Assembly: GCA_036012755.1 (NCBI GenBank)
Contig: DASCPX010000027.1
Coordinates: 256,001-320,000 of the forward strand
Reading direction: 5' to 3'
DNA: 64,000 bases
Origin: Myxococcota bacterium
Lineage (GTDB): Bacteria > Myxococcota_A > UBA796 > CAJQPC01
Within the stretch, counting starts at the first letter, position 1. Every line of letters starts with the position of its first letter. Both the position numbers and the translations under genes were made by a program. This document shows positions 39,185 to 47,992 of this stretch, in pieces. Below the pieces are notes generated by a model. The model was not told the DNA's origin. It did not search any database and saw only the letters and a program-made list of their open reading frames with translations.

Positions 39185-41613
39185 TAGCGCTCTCGGGGGC
39201 CCCAGCCGGGCAGGTACTCGGGGCTCTCGTAGTCCACGAGGCCCTCTTCCTCAGGTGGCGGGTCGTCCCCAGAGGTCTCGAGCACGAGGTCGGAGGCCGG
39301 GATCTCCAGCGTGATGACCGGCTCATCGACGGCCTCCGTCTCGTCCGGGTCCTCTCCATCCGCGACGAAGGGGCGGGGCTCCGGGTACTCGATGCGATGG
39401 TGGTGGATGGCCAGGACGGTCTTCTTGAGGACGTCCGCGATGACCGTGATCTCCTTGACGGTGAGCGGGCACTGGCTGAACTGGCCCTCCGCCATCACCG
39501 AGTTGATGATCTTCTGGATCATCGCCGCCACGTTCTCGGGGTTCGGATCCCGGATCGAGCGGCAGGCGGCCTCGATCTTGTCCGCCAGCATGATGATGCC
39601 GGCCTCGCGGGTGTTCGGCTTGGGGCCGGGGTACCGGAAGTCGCTCGGATCGACCTTTGGATTCGAGGCCCGCCAGGCGGCCGCGCGGGCCTTGTTGTAG
39701 AAGTAGTGCACCAGGCCCGTGCCGTGGTGCATGTAGATGTTGTCGATGACCGGCCGGGGGAGCTTGTGCTTCTTCGCGATCTTGCCGCCGTCGAGGACGT
39801 GGTCGATGATCACCCTCGCCGACTGGTGCGATCCCAGCCGCTCGTGACGGTTCACACCGTCGCGCTGGTTCTCGACGAAGTAGGCCGGCCGCACGGCCTT
39901 GCCGATGTCGTGGAAGTAGCTGCACACCCGGCACAACAGCGCGTTGGCGCCGATGGCCTCTGCGGCAGCCTCTGCGAGGGTGCCGACCATCACCGAGTGG
40001 TGGTAGCTGCCGGGCGCGCGGAGCATCAGGTTCCGCAACAGCGGGTGGTCGAGGTTCCCGAGCTCCAGGAGCTTGAGATCCGTGTCGAAACCGACGAGCT
40101 CGAATAGCGGCACCATCCCCAGGACGAGGAAGGCGCTCACGACGCCACCAACGAAGGCGAAGACCGCCTCCCAACCCGGGTTCAGGTGCGCCGCCCCACC
40201 TGCGGATTCGGCCAGGTTCGCCTGCACGAGGTTGATGAGCAGCACGAAGGCCGCGTTCATCACGCCGGTGAAGATCCCGGCGCGGAGGATGGCGCTGCGC
40301 TCCCGCTTCTTCCCGATCGAGCCCGCTGCGATGACGCTGGAGACGATGAAATAGATGATCAGGGTCGCCGAGTGCTCCATCAAGAGCCCGGACAGGACCG
40401 CTGCCACCACGGCGAAGACCAAGGCGGTCTCGCTGTTTATGAGAATGCGGACGAGCAGGACCACCCCGGCCACGGGTACCAGGTAGAAGAGGCTGGCGCC
40501 GGCGATCTCGCCCGAGGCCGACAGTGGGACGCTGACGTACACGACCAGCCGCCCCAACAGCAGCGTCAGGACCAGGAGCAGCCCAAGCGCTTCGATGTCC
40601 CTGCGTCGGCTCGAGAACTTGCGGATGGTGGCCCGAGCGAACCAGTAGACGCTCGTGAGCAGCAGGAGGCAAAAGGCGAAGAGCGAGCCGGCCACAGCCC
40701 ACGGGCTTCGTCCGGTGGTGGTCTGCCGCATCTGCTCCAACAGTGCGATCTGGTGGGCCGTGACGACGTCTCCTGCACGCACGAGCGTCGTGCCACGATC
40801 GATGCTGAGCACCACCGGGGCGACGGTCTGTCCGGCCTCCAGCCGGCGGTGTTCCGTGAGCCTGGCGTTGTAGGAGAAGTTCGAGCGGACGGCAGCGCGC
40901 GCGATGGCCCCCGCCGCCCGGGTGTGGGCCCCGTCGTCCTCGCGCTCCAAGAGCGCGAGTGTGATCTGCTGCCGAGCGCCAGCGGTCGTGGCGATCTCGT
41001 CGTAGGAGCGCAAGGTCGTCTGCTCGGTCTCCTCGCCCATCAGTCGCACGACGGTGATCGGGACGACCTCCATCGGAAGCGCCGCCCGGTCGGCGACGAC
41101 GCGCCCCTTCATGGCCGTGCCCAGGAGCTCGGTCGCGGTGCGCTCGATCGAGGGTTCGAAGCCGGAGGCCACCAGGACGGCGATGTCGTCGGCCTTCAAG
41201 GTCAGGGCGAGCGTATCGGCGAAGACGACACCCAGCTGCTCGGTCTGCTCGGGGCTCAGCTCACCCCCGTCGCCGGCCTCCAGGAGGGCCTGTTCGTACT
41301 TGGAGCGGCCGACCTGGAAGGCCGCGCTGATGCGCGCCTGCTGCCGGCCGGCGAGGAGGACGTCGTGGTCGTACACCGGCGCGACACCGTCGACGGCGGC
41401 TTCGATGCGGGCCTGCGTCACCGCCTCGTCGACGAACTCGAACTTCACGGGCGCGCGAATGTCGGAGCGCGCCACCTGGCCCTTGTCCAGGCCCGGGTCC
41501 TGGACCTGCCGGAACTCGGTCAACAAGAGCGCGACCGCGCCGCAGACGAGCACAAGCACGAGGACGGTGCGGACGGCCGAGAGGCTGGCCAGTCGCTCGC
41601 GTAGGGCGCCTAT
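39184..41613 (-). CDS. 7TM-HD phosphohydrolase (PgpH/YqfF-like); possible ATA start at 41613, otherwise GTG 41559
   Basis: Large extracytoplasmic domain, multiple TMs, APGSYHHS, FHDIGK...YFVENQ, HHGT, YPGPKP, MLADKIEAA; phoH-HD-ybeY context. Confidence 0.9.
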   Translation of the reverse strand: MGALRERLASLSAVRTVLVLVLVCGAVALLLTEFRQVQDPGLDKGQVARSDIRAPVKFEFVDEAVTQARIEAAVDGVAPVYDHDVLLAGRQQARISAAFQVGRSKYEQALLEAGDGGELSPEQTEQLGVVFADTLALTLKADDIAVLVASGFEPSIERTATELLGTAMKGRVVADRAALPMEVVPITVVRLMGEETEQTTLRSYDEIATTAGARQQITLALLEREDDGAHTRAAGAIARAAVRSNFSYNARLTEHRRLEAGQTVAPVVLSIDRGTTLVRAGDVVTAHQIALLEQMRQTTTGRSPWAVAGSLFAFCLLLLTSVYWFARATIRKFSSRRRDIEALGLLLVLTLLLGRLVVYVSVPLSASGEIAGASLFYLVPVAGVVLLVRILINSETALVFAVVAAVLSGLLMEHSATLIIYFIVSSVIAAGSIGKKRERSAILRAGIFTGVMNAAFVLLINLVQANLAESAGGAAHLNPGWEAVFAFVGGVVSAFLVLGMVPLFELVGFDTDLKLLELGNLDHPLLRNLMLRAPGSYHHSVMVGTLAEAAAEAIGANALLCRVCSYFHDIGKAVRPAYFVENQRDGVNRHERLGSHQSARVIIDHVLDGGKIAKKHKLPRPVIDNIYMHHGTGLVHYFYNKARAAAWRASNPKVDPSDFRYPGPKPNTREAGIIMLADKIEAACRSIRDPNPENVAAMIQKIINSVMAEGQFSQCPLTVKEITVIADVLKKTVLAIHHHRIEYPEPRPFVADGEDPDETEAVDEPVITLEIPASDLVLETSGDDPPPEEEGLVDYESPEYLPGWGPRER

Positions 41614-42602
41614 GACTCGCCTCCACCTGACCGGGCCTCATCATAGGCGCGGATGATCGCGCTTACCAGGGCATGCCGCGCGACGTCGTCCGCCGTGAAC
41701 TCCACGAAGCCGATACGGGGGATATTCCTCAGAATCCGGCTGGCCTCCTCCAGCCCCGAGCGCGTGTTGCCCGGCAGGTCGACCTGGGAGGGGTCCCCTG
41801 TCACCACCGCCCGGGAGCCAACCCCGAGCCGGGTCAGGAACATCTTCATCTGCTCTGTCGTGGTGTTCTGCGCCTCGTCGAGGATGACGAAGGCCTCCGA
41901 CAGGGTGCGGCCGCGCATGAAAGCGAGAGGCGCGACCTCGATGACTCCACGCTCCATGAGGCGGAGCGTCTTGTCGTAGCCGATCATCTCGTGCAGGGCG
42001 TCGTAGAGCGGACGCAGGTAGGGGTTGACCTTCTCGACGAGGTCGCCGGGCAGGAAGCCGAGCTTCTCCCCCGCCTCCACCGCCGGGCGGCAGAGCACGA
42101 TCCGCTGGACGTCATTGGCGGACAGCGCGGCGACGGCCATGGCCACCGCCAGGTAGGTCTTGCCCGTCCCTGCGGGGCCCAGGCCGAACACGATGTCGCT
42201 GCGCCGGATGGTCTCCACGTAGATTCGCTGGTTGAGGCTGCGCGGGAAGATCGCGCGCTTCTTCCGGCCGACGAAGACGACGTCGTTGAAGAAGTCCGCC
42301 AGGCGGGCCTCTGGGTCGAGGCGAATGAGCCGACAGGCGTGACCGACCAGCGGAACGCTCAGGGTCAGACCGCCGTTGATGAGGACGTACAGCTGGTTCA
42401 AGAGCGACGCGGCCAGATCCACGGAGCCGTCGTCGCCGCTCACGGTGAGCGTCGTTCCGCGCTGGGTGATCCGCACTCCGAGCTCGCGGCCGACCTGCTT
42501 GAGGTGGCAGCCACAGTCACCCGTCAGCTCTCGGAGCTGAGTCGAGTGCTCGAAGTCCAGGTTGCGCTGTTGCAGGGATTGCTGGCGCTCGGTGTTGCCC
42601 AT
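41610..42602 (-). CDS. phoH: PhoH family ATPase
   Basis: [58 protein letters not shown]. Confidence 0.95.
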   Translation of the reverse strand: MGNTERQQSLQQRNLDFEHSTQLRELTGDCGCHLKQVGRELGVRITQRGTTLTVSGDDGSVDLAASLLNQLYVLINGGLTLSVPLVGHACRLIRLDPEARLADFFNDVVFVGRKKRAIFPRSLNQRIYVETIRRSDIVFGLGPAGTGKTYLAVAMAVAALSANDVQRIVLCRPAVEAGEKLGFLPGDLVEKVNPYLRPLYDALHEMIGYDKTLRLMERGVIEVAPLAFMRGRTLSEAFVILDEAQNTTTEQMKMFLTRLGVGSRAVVTGDPSQVDLPGNTRSGLEEASRILRNIPRIGFVEFTADDVARHALVSAIIRAYDEARSGGGES

Positions 42603-42692
42603 CGAGGAGGCCTCCAAACCCAGCCAGGATAGCCACGCCACGCCCGGCAGGAAAGGTTAGGGGCGCGTCCCCGACCACACACGGAGGCTCCG

Positions 42693-43796
42693 ATGATCAT
42701 CGGCGTGCCCAAGGAGATCAAGCCCCAGGAGCACCGTGTCGGCCTCGTGCCCGCCGGCGCCAAGGGCCTCGTCCGCTCCGGACACACGGTCCTGGTCCAG
42801 CAGGGCGCCGGTGCCGGGTCTGGCTTGCCAGACGACGAGTACATCCGTGTGGGCGCCGAGATCGTCCCGACCGCGGAGGAGATCTATGGCCGCGCGGGCC
42901 TGATCTGGAAGGTCAAGGAGCCCTTGCCGGCAGAGTACGGCCTGCTCAGACAGAACCAGATCCTCTACACCTACCTCCACCTCGCACCGGATCCCACCCA
43001 GGCCGAGGCGCTCCTGAGAGCGGGCGTCATCGGCATCGCGTACGAGACGGTCGAGGCAGGGCGAACCCTCCCGCTGTTGACCCCGATGTCCGAGGTCGCC
43101 GGGCGCCTCTCCATCCAGGCCGGTGCCTTCTGCCTGACCCGCCACCAGGGCGGTCGCGGTGTGCTCCTGGGCGGCGTGCCTGGCGTCGAACCCGGCAAGG
43201 TCATGGTGCTCGGCGGCGGCATCGTCGGCCTCAACGCCGTGAAGATGGCAGTGGGCCTCGGCGCGGAGGTCACGGTCCTGGACATCAGCCTCGATCGACT
43301 CCGCTGGTTCGACAACCTCTACGACGGCCGCGTGAAGACGCTCCACTCCAACCCCTACAACGTCGAGCGCATGCTCGGCGCCGCGGACCTCGTCATCGGC
43401 GCGGTGCTGCTCGCCGGCGCGCGGGCCCCCAAGCTGATCACTCGCGAGTCGCTCTCGCTGATGAAGCGCGGCTCGGCCATCGTCGACGTCGCGGTGGATC
43501 AGGGCGGTTGTGTCGAGACGACCCACCCGACGACCCACGCCGAGCCCACGTACATCGTCGACGGCATCGTCCACTATGCCGTCGCCAACATGCCGGGTGC
43601 TGTGGCGCGAACATCGACCTTCGCCCTCAACAACGCCACGATTCCCTTTGGGATCGAGATCGCCAACCTCGGGTGGGAGGAGGCGATGCGGCGTGATCCC
43701 GTGTTGGCGAGCGGCCTGAACGTGGCCGACGGCCGCGTCACCAACAAGGCGGTCGCCGACGCGCTCGGCTACGACTTCGAGCCCTGGGTCGGTTAG
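42693..43796 (+). CDS. ald: Alanine dehydrogenase
   Basis: IGVPKEIK..EHRV, KVKEP, TYLHLA, PMSEVAGR, GGGIVG, DVAVDQGG, VANMPGAV. Confidence 0.96.
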   Translation: MIIGVPKEIKPQEHRVGLVPAGAKGLVRSGHTVLVQQGAGAGSGLPDDEYIRVGAEIVPTAEEIYGRAGLIWKVKEPLPAEYGLLRQNQILYTYLHLAPDPTQAEALLRAGVIGIAYETVEAGRTLPLLTPMSEVAGRLSIQAGAFCLTRHQGGRGVLLGGVPGVEPGKVMVLGGGIVGLNAVKMAVGLGAEVTVLDISLDRLRWFDNLYDGRVKTLHSNPYNVERMLGAADLVIGAVLLAGARAPKLITRESLSLMKRGSAIVDVAVDQGGCVETTHPTTHAEPTYIVDGIVHYAVANMPGAVARTSTFALNNATIPFGIEIANLGWEEAMRRDPVLASGLNVADGRVTNKAVADALGYDFEPWVG

Positions 43797-43811
43797 CGGT
43801 AGACTGGCTCC

Positions 43812-45068
43812 ATGAGCGTCCCCTACGACCGCCTTGGCATTCCCAAGGAGCACAGGGCCACCCTCGGGAACGAGGCGCCCGCCGAGACCAAGCTGGCGCT
43901 GGCACGCGGCGAGACCGAGATCGACCCCGACATCCACCTGTCGATGCTCTACGTGCTCGTCGGTGACGCCAACGCGACGGTGCGCGCGACAGCAGAGCAG
44001 GCCTTCCGCACGATGGCCGAGGACGACGTCATCAGCGGGCTCACCCCCAGGACCCACCCCAAGATCCTGGAGTACATCGTCGAGACCCGGCGGGACCCCC
44101 ACATCCGCATGCGCATCTACGGCTTCGCCAACATGAACGATCGCACCGCGCGCGCCATCGTCCGCGAGGCCACCGGCGAGGTCCTCGACGCTGTGGGCTA
44201 CGGCTTCGAGCGCATGCTGATGACGCCGAAGATCTACCTCGACCTCAAGCGCAATCCGCAGGTCACGGAGCAGATGCTCGAGCGCGTCGCGGCTTTCCTC
44301 CGCATGCAGCAGATGCTGCCCGAAGACGAGGCGGACGAGGGCGCGGACGGGGGCCCCAAGGTCATCCGCGAGGGGCAGGAGGGTGACGACGCCTTCAGAT
44401 CCCGACGCCTGGTGCGAGAGGGCGACGCCCGCGACGTGAACGCCGAGGTCGAGGCGGCGCTGTTGGGGCTCCCCTCCCCCTACACCAACCCAGACGTCGC
44501 CGACCGCCTCGACATCCTCGTGCTCGCGGACCAGGCCAGCGCAGAGGACCTCAAGGAGGAGTTCGTCTTCAACTTCGACGACGAGGCCGAGGAGTTCGCC
44601 CAGCGCCTGACGACGGAACAGGAGCTCAGCAGCGAGGAGGCCCGAGGCGTCGCGGGAATGATCGCGGACCTTCCGGTCGGCAAGAAGATCAAGCTGGCCT
44701 ATCTCGGCAACGTCGAGGCCAGGAAGGTGCTCTTGCGGGACACCAACAAGTCGGTGTCGGTCGCGGTCGTCAAGTCCGGGCGGATGAGCGCCGGCGAGGC
44801 GGCGCAGGCTGCGGCGAACAAGAACCTCCACATGGACGTCCTTCGCGAGATCGCGACGAACCGCGAGTACCTGCGTCGCTACAACGTGAAGGTCAGCCTC
44901 GCCAACAACCCGAAGACGCCCGTGAGCATCGCCGCGGGGCTGATCTCACAGCTCCACCGGGCGGATCTGAACTCCCTCGCCCGCAACAAGAACATCAGCT
45001 CGGTGGTCTCGAAGATGGCCAACAACCTGGTCAAGCAACGCACCGAGACGTCCTCGCGCGGCCGCTGA
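43812..45068 (+). CDS. Conserved hypothetical helical-repeat protein
   Basis: Typical codon usage; KIKLAYLGN.EAR..LLRD.NK.V and NPKTP motifs of LRV/HEAT-like repeats. Confidence 0.7.
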   Translation: MSVPYDRLGIPKEHRATLGNEAPAETKLALARGETEIDPDIHLSMLYVLVGDANATVRATAEQAFRTMAEDDVISGLTPRTHPKILEYIVETRRDPHIRMRIYGFANMNDRTARAIVREATGEVLDAVGYGFERMLMTPKIYLDLKRNPQVTEQMLERVAAFLRMQQMLPEDEADEGADGGPKVIREGQEGDDAFRSRRLVREGDARDVNAEVEAALLGLPSPYTNPDVADRLDILVLADQASAEDLKEEFVFNFDDEAEEFAQRLTTEQELSSEEARGVAGMIADLPVGKKIKLAYLGNVEARKVLLRDTNKSVSVAVVKSGRMSAGEAAQAAANKNLHMDVLREIATNREYLRRYNVKVSLANNPKTPVSIAAGLISQLHRADLNSLARNKNISSVVSKMANNLVKQRTETSSRGR

Positions 45069-47159
45069 TCAGTCGTCCGAGTCCCGGCGGAAGGGGCTGT
45101 CGCTGACGATCTTGTCCTTGAGGTGCGAGGGGACCTCGACGTAGCCGGCGAAGGTCATCGTGAAGGTGCCCTTGCCCGCCGTCATGGAGCGGAGGTCCGG
45201 CGCGTAGCGCTGGATCTCGGCCAGCGGACAGGATGCGTTGATCACTGTCTTCTTGCCCTTGGGCTCCATGCCCATCACGCGACCGCGGCGGCTGGTGATG
45301 TCCCCCATGATGTCCCCCATGCTCGTGCTGGGGACGACGATCTGCATGTCGTAGACAGGCTCGAGGATCTTGTAGCCGCCCTTGTCGAGCGCAGCCTGAA
45401 GGCCCTTGCTGCCAGCCATCTGGAAGGCGACGTCCTTGCTGTCGACCGGGTGGTACTTGCCGTCGGTCAGCGTGATCCGGAGGTCGACCAGCGGGTAGCC
45501 GCTGATGTTCCCCGACCTCATCCGCGCGACCACGCCCTTCTCGACGCTCGGGATGAACTGCTTGGGGATCGAGCCACCGAAGATCTTGTCCACGAACTCG
45601 AAGCCGCCGCCCCGCGGGAGGGGCTCGACGTCGAGGTAGCAGACACCGAACTGGCCAGCGCCGCCGGTCTGCTTCTTGTGCTTGCCCTCGACCTTGATGA
45701 CCTTCCTCCGGATGGTCTCGCGGTAGGGCACGGCGGGCAGGTCGCAGTCGACGGCGACCTTGAACTTCCGCTTCATCTTCGCGACGGAGAGATCGAGGTG
45801 AGCCTGGCCCATGCCCTGGAGCACGAGGGACTTCGACAGCTCGCTGTAGCCGATGGACAGCGTCGGGTCCTCGTCGATCAGCCGATCGACGGCCACCTTC
45901 AGCTTGTCCTCGTCGCCCTTGCTGCTGGCGACGATCGTGTACTCCATCATCGCCGGCGGGTAGCTCTGGGCCGGAAGGACCGTCACCTCCCCGAGACTGG
46001 CGAGGGTGTTGTTCGTGTGGGTGCTCTTCAGCTTCGCGACGGAGACGATGTCACCGGCGATTCCACCGTCGAGCGCTTCGCGTTCGGTCCCGCGCAGGGC
46101 GTAGAGCGTGCCGAGACGCTCGGACTCCTCCGCGCTCGTGTTGAGGATTCCGCCGTCCGCCGGGGTCTGGCCGCTGAAGATGCGGAAGATGCTGACCTTT
46201 CCGGAGAACTCGTCCATGAAGGTCTTGATCACCTGCCCGTAGAAGGCGCCGCCATCGCTGATGACCACCTCCGTCGGGTTGCCGTCACCGTCCTCGCCGG
46301 AGATGGGCTGCCGCTCGAGAGGGCTCCCAACAGCCCAGCACGCGAGGTCCAGGAGAGCCTCGACGCCGATGTTCAGCCCAGCCGAGGTGTAGAGCACGGG
46401 GACGAGCTCGCCGGTCTTGAGGGCCTTCTGGAAACCGCCCTTCACCTCGTCCTCGGAGAGCTCGAAGGTGTCGAGGTACTTCTCGAGCAAGGGCTCGTCG
46501 GTCTCTGCGACGCACTCGACGAGGTTCTCCCAGGCCGCCGCGACCTCGTCGGACAGCTCATCGGGGATGTCCGCCTTGTCGAAGGCTCCGCTGCCGTCCT
46601 TCTTGAACATCAGCGCCTTCATCTGCATCAGGCTCACGACGCCCTCGAAGGAGTCCTCGCTCCCGATCGGCACCTGGAGCGGGACGGGCTTGCAGCCGAA
46701 GATCTCCTCGAACTCGGACAGCGCCCCAGCGGCGTCCGCCCGCTCGCGGTCCATCTTGTTGATGACCAGGACACGGGGCAGCCCCAGCTCCACGGCACGG
46801 TTGAAGACCGCCTCGGTCTGGACCTCGATGCCGTCCGGAGCGCTGACGACGATGAACGCCGCGTCAGCGCCTTGCATCGCTGTGAAGGCGTCGAAGATGA
46901 AGTTGCCGTCCCCGGGGGTGTCGATGATGTTGATCTTCTTCCCGGAGTGCTCCACCCAGGCAAAGCTCGACCCGATCGAGCCGCCGCGGTTGTGCTCCTC
47001 TGGCTCGAAGTCCAGGATCGAGGTCGGCGTTCCCGCTATGCCGAGCCGATTGGTCGCGCCGGAGTTGAAGAGCATGGCCTCCGCGAGAGAGGTCTTGCCG
47101 CTCACGCCGTGTCCGACGAGAGCGATGTTGCGGATGTCAGCGGAGCCGTACTTGGGCAT
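45069..47159 (-). CDS. fusA: Elongation factor G paralog (EF-G2 type)
   Basis: RNIALVGHGVSGKT, DTPG, NKMD, V.YRETI, KKQTGG.GQF, DGKYHPVDS, ILEP; not in the str operon; ATG 47159. Confidence 0.92.
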   Translation of the reverse strand: MPKYGSADIRNIALVGHGVSGKTSLAEAMLFNSGATNRLGIAGTPTSILDFEPEEHNRGGSIGSSFAWVEHSGKKINIIDTPGDGNFIFDAFTAMQGADAAFIVVSAPDGIEVQTEAVFNRAVELGLPRVLVINKMDRERADAAGALSEFEEIFGCKPVPLQVPIGSEDSFEGVVSLMQMKALMFKKDGSGAFDKADIPDELSDEVAAAWENLVECVAETDEPLLEKYLDTFELSEDEVKGGFQKALKTGELVPVLYTSAGLNIGVEALLDLACWAVGSPLERQPISGEDGDGNPTEVVISDGGAFYGQVIKTFMDEFSGKVSIFRIFSGQTPADGGILNTSAEESERLGTLYALRGTEREALDGGIAGDIVSVAKLKSTHTNNTLASLGEVTVLPAQSYPPAMMEYTIVASSKGDEDKLKVAVDRLIDEDPTLSIGYSELSKSLVLQGMGQAHLDLSVAKMKRKFKVAVDCDLPAVPYRETIRRKVIKVEGKHKKQTGGAGQFGVCYLDVEPLPRGGGFEFVDKIFGGSIPKQFIPSVEKGVVARMRSGNISGYPLVDLRITLTDGKYHPVDSKDVAFQMAGSKGLQAALDKGGYKILEPVYDMQIVVPSTSMGDIMGDITSRRGRVMGMEPKGKKTVINASCPLAEIQRYAPDLRSMTAGKGTFTMTFAGYVEVPSHLKDKIVSDSPFRRDSDD

Positions 47160-47212
47160 TGAGTCTCCGAGATTCGTAGAGGTTCGACCCTTAATGACCA
47201 CCTCCAAGGTGG

Positions 47213-47983
47213 TCAACGCCTGGGGCGGTTCCTCGCGAAGAGCTTGGACAGACCGCGCAGCGTCAGGTACTCGTCGACGTCATCGATCTCGCCGCAGGCG
47301 CGCCCGATGAGGTTGCTGAAGCCACCGGTGGCGACACAGCGGACGTCCCCACCGAGAGCCTCCTTGCAGCACCGGGCGAGGTGGTCGACGAGGCCGACGT
47401 AGCCGTAGAAGAGCCCGGACTGCATCGCGGTCACCGTGTTCGTCCCGATGGGTGAGCGGGGCTTCTTGACCTCGACCCGCGGGAGCTTCGAGGTCTTCGA
47501 GAACAGCGCCTCTGCGCTGATGACGATTCCCGGGGCGATGGCGCCGCCGACGTAGTCGCCTTGATCGTTCACGCAGTCGAATGTGGTGGCGGTCCCGAAG
47601 TCGATGACGACCAGCGGCGGCTCCCAGGTCTCCAGCGCGGCCACGCAGTTGACGATGCGATCGCTGCCGACCTCCCTGGGGTTGTCGGTGCGGACGCGCA
47701 TGCCGGTCTTGAGGGCCTTGCCCACGACGAGCGGCTCGACCTCGAGGTACCGCCGGCAGGCCTTCTCGATGTTGAACAGCGTGCTGGGCACGACGTTGCT
47801 GACGATCACGCCCTCGATCGCGGCCAGCTCGTGGCCTGCGTGCCGCAGCAGCTCGAGCAGCGTGAGTCCGAACTCGTCGGTGGTGCGCGTGACGGTCGTG
47901 ACCCGCCAGCGCTCGATGACCTCTCCTCCGCTCATGAGGCCGAGGACGATGTTGGTGTTTCCTACGTCGATGACCAGGAGCAT
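47213..47983 (-). CDS. coaX: Type III pantothenate kinase
   Basis: IDVGNTN, VGSDR, IDFGTATTFD, GGAIAPG, ATGG. Confidence 0.95.
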   Translation of the reverse strand: MLLVIDVGNTNIVLGLMSGGEVIERWRVTTVTRTTDEFGLTLLELLRHAGHELAAIEGVIVSNVVPSTLFNIEKACRRYLEVEPLVVGKALKTGMRVRTDNPREVGSDRIVNCVAALETWEPPLVVIDFGTATTFDCVNDQGDYVGGAIAPGIVISAEALFSKTSKLPRVEVKKPRSPIGTNTVTAMQSGLFYGYVGLVDHLARCCKEALGGDVRCVATGGFSNLIGRACGEIDDVDEYLTLRGLSKLFARNRPRR

Positions 47984-47992
47984 CGACGGCTC

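Noticed and set aside
39184..42602. phoH-7TM-HD-ybeY cluster as a new system
   Set aside because: A widely conserved, already described neighbourhood
45069..47159. Divergent G1 and switch I motifs in the EF-G (GHGVSGKT, RGGSI) as a novelty
   Set aside because: Typical of known secondary EF-G paralogs
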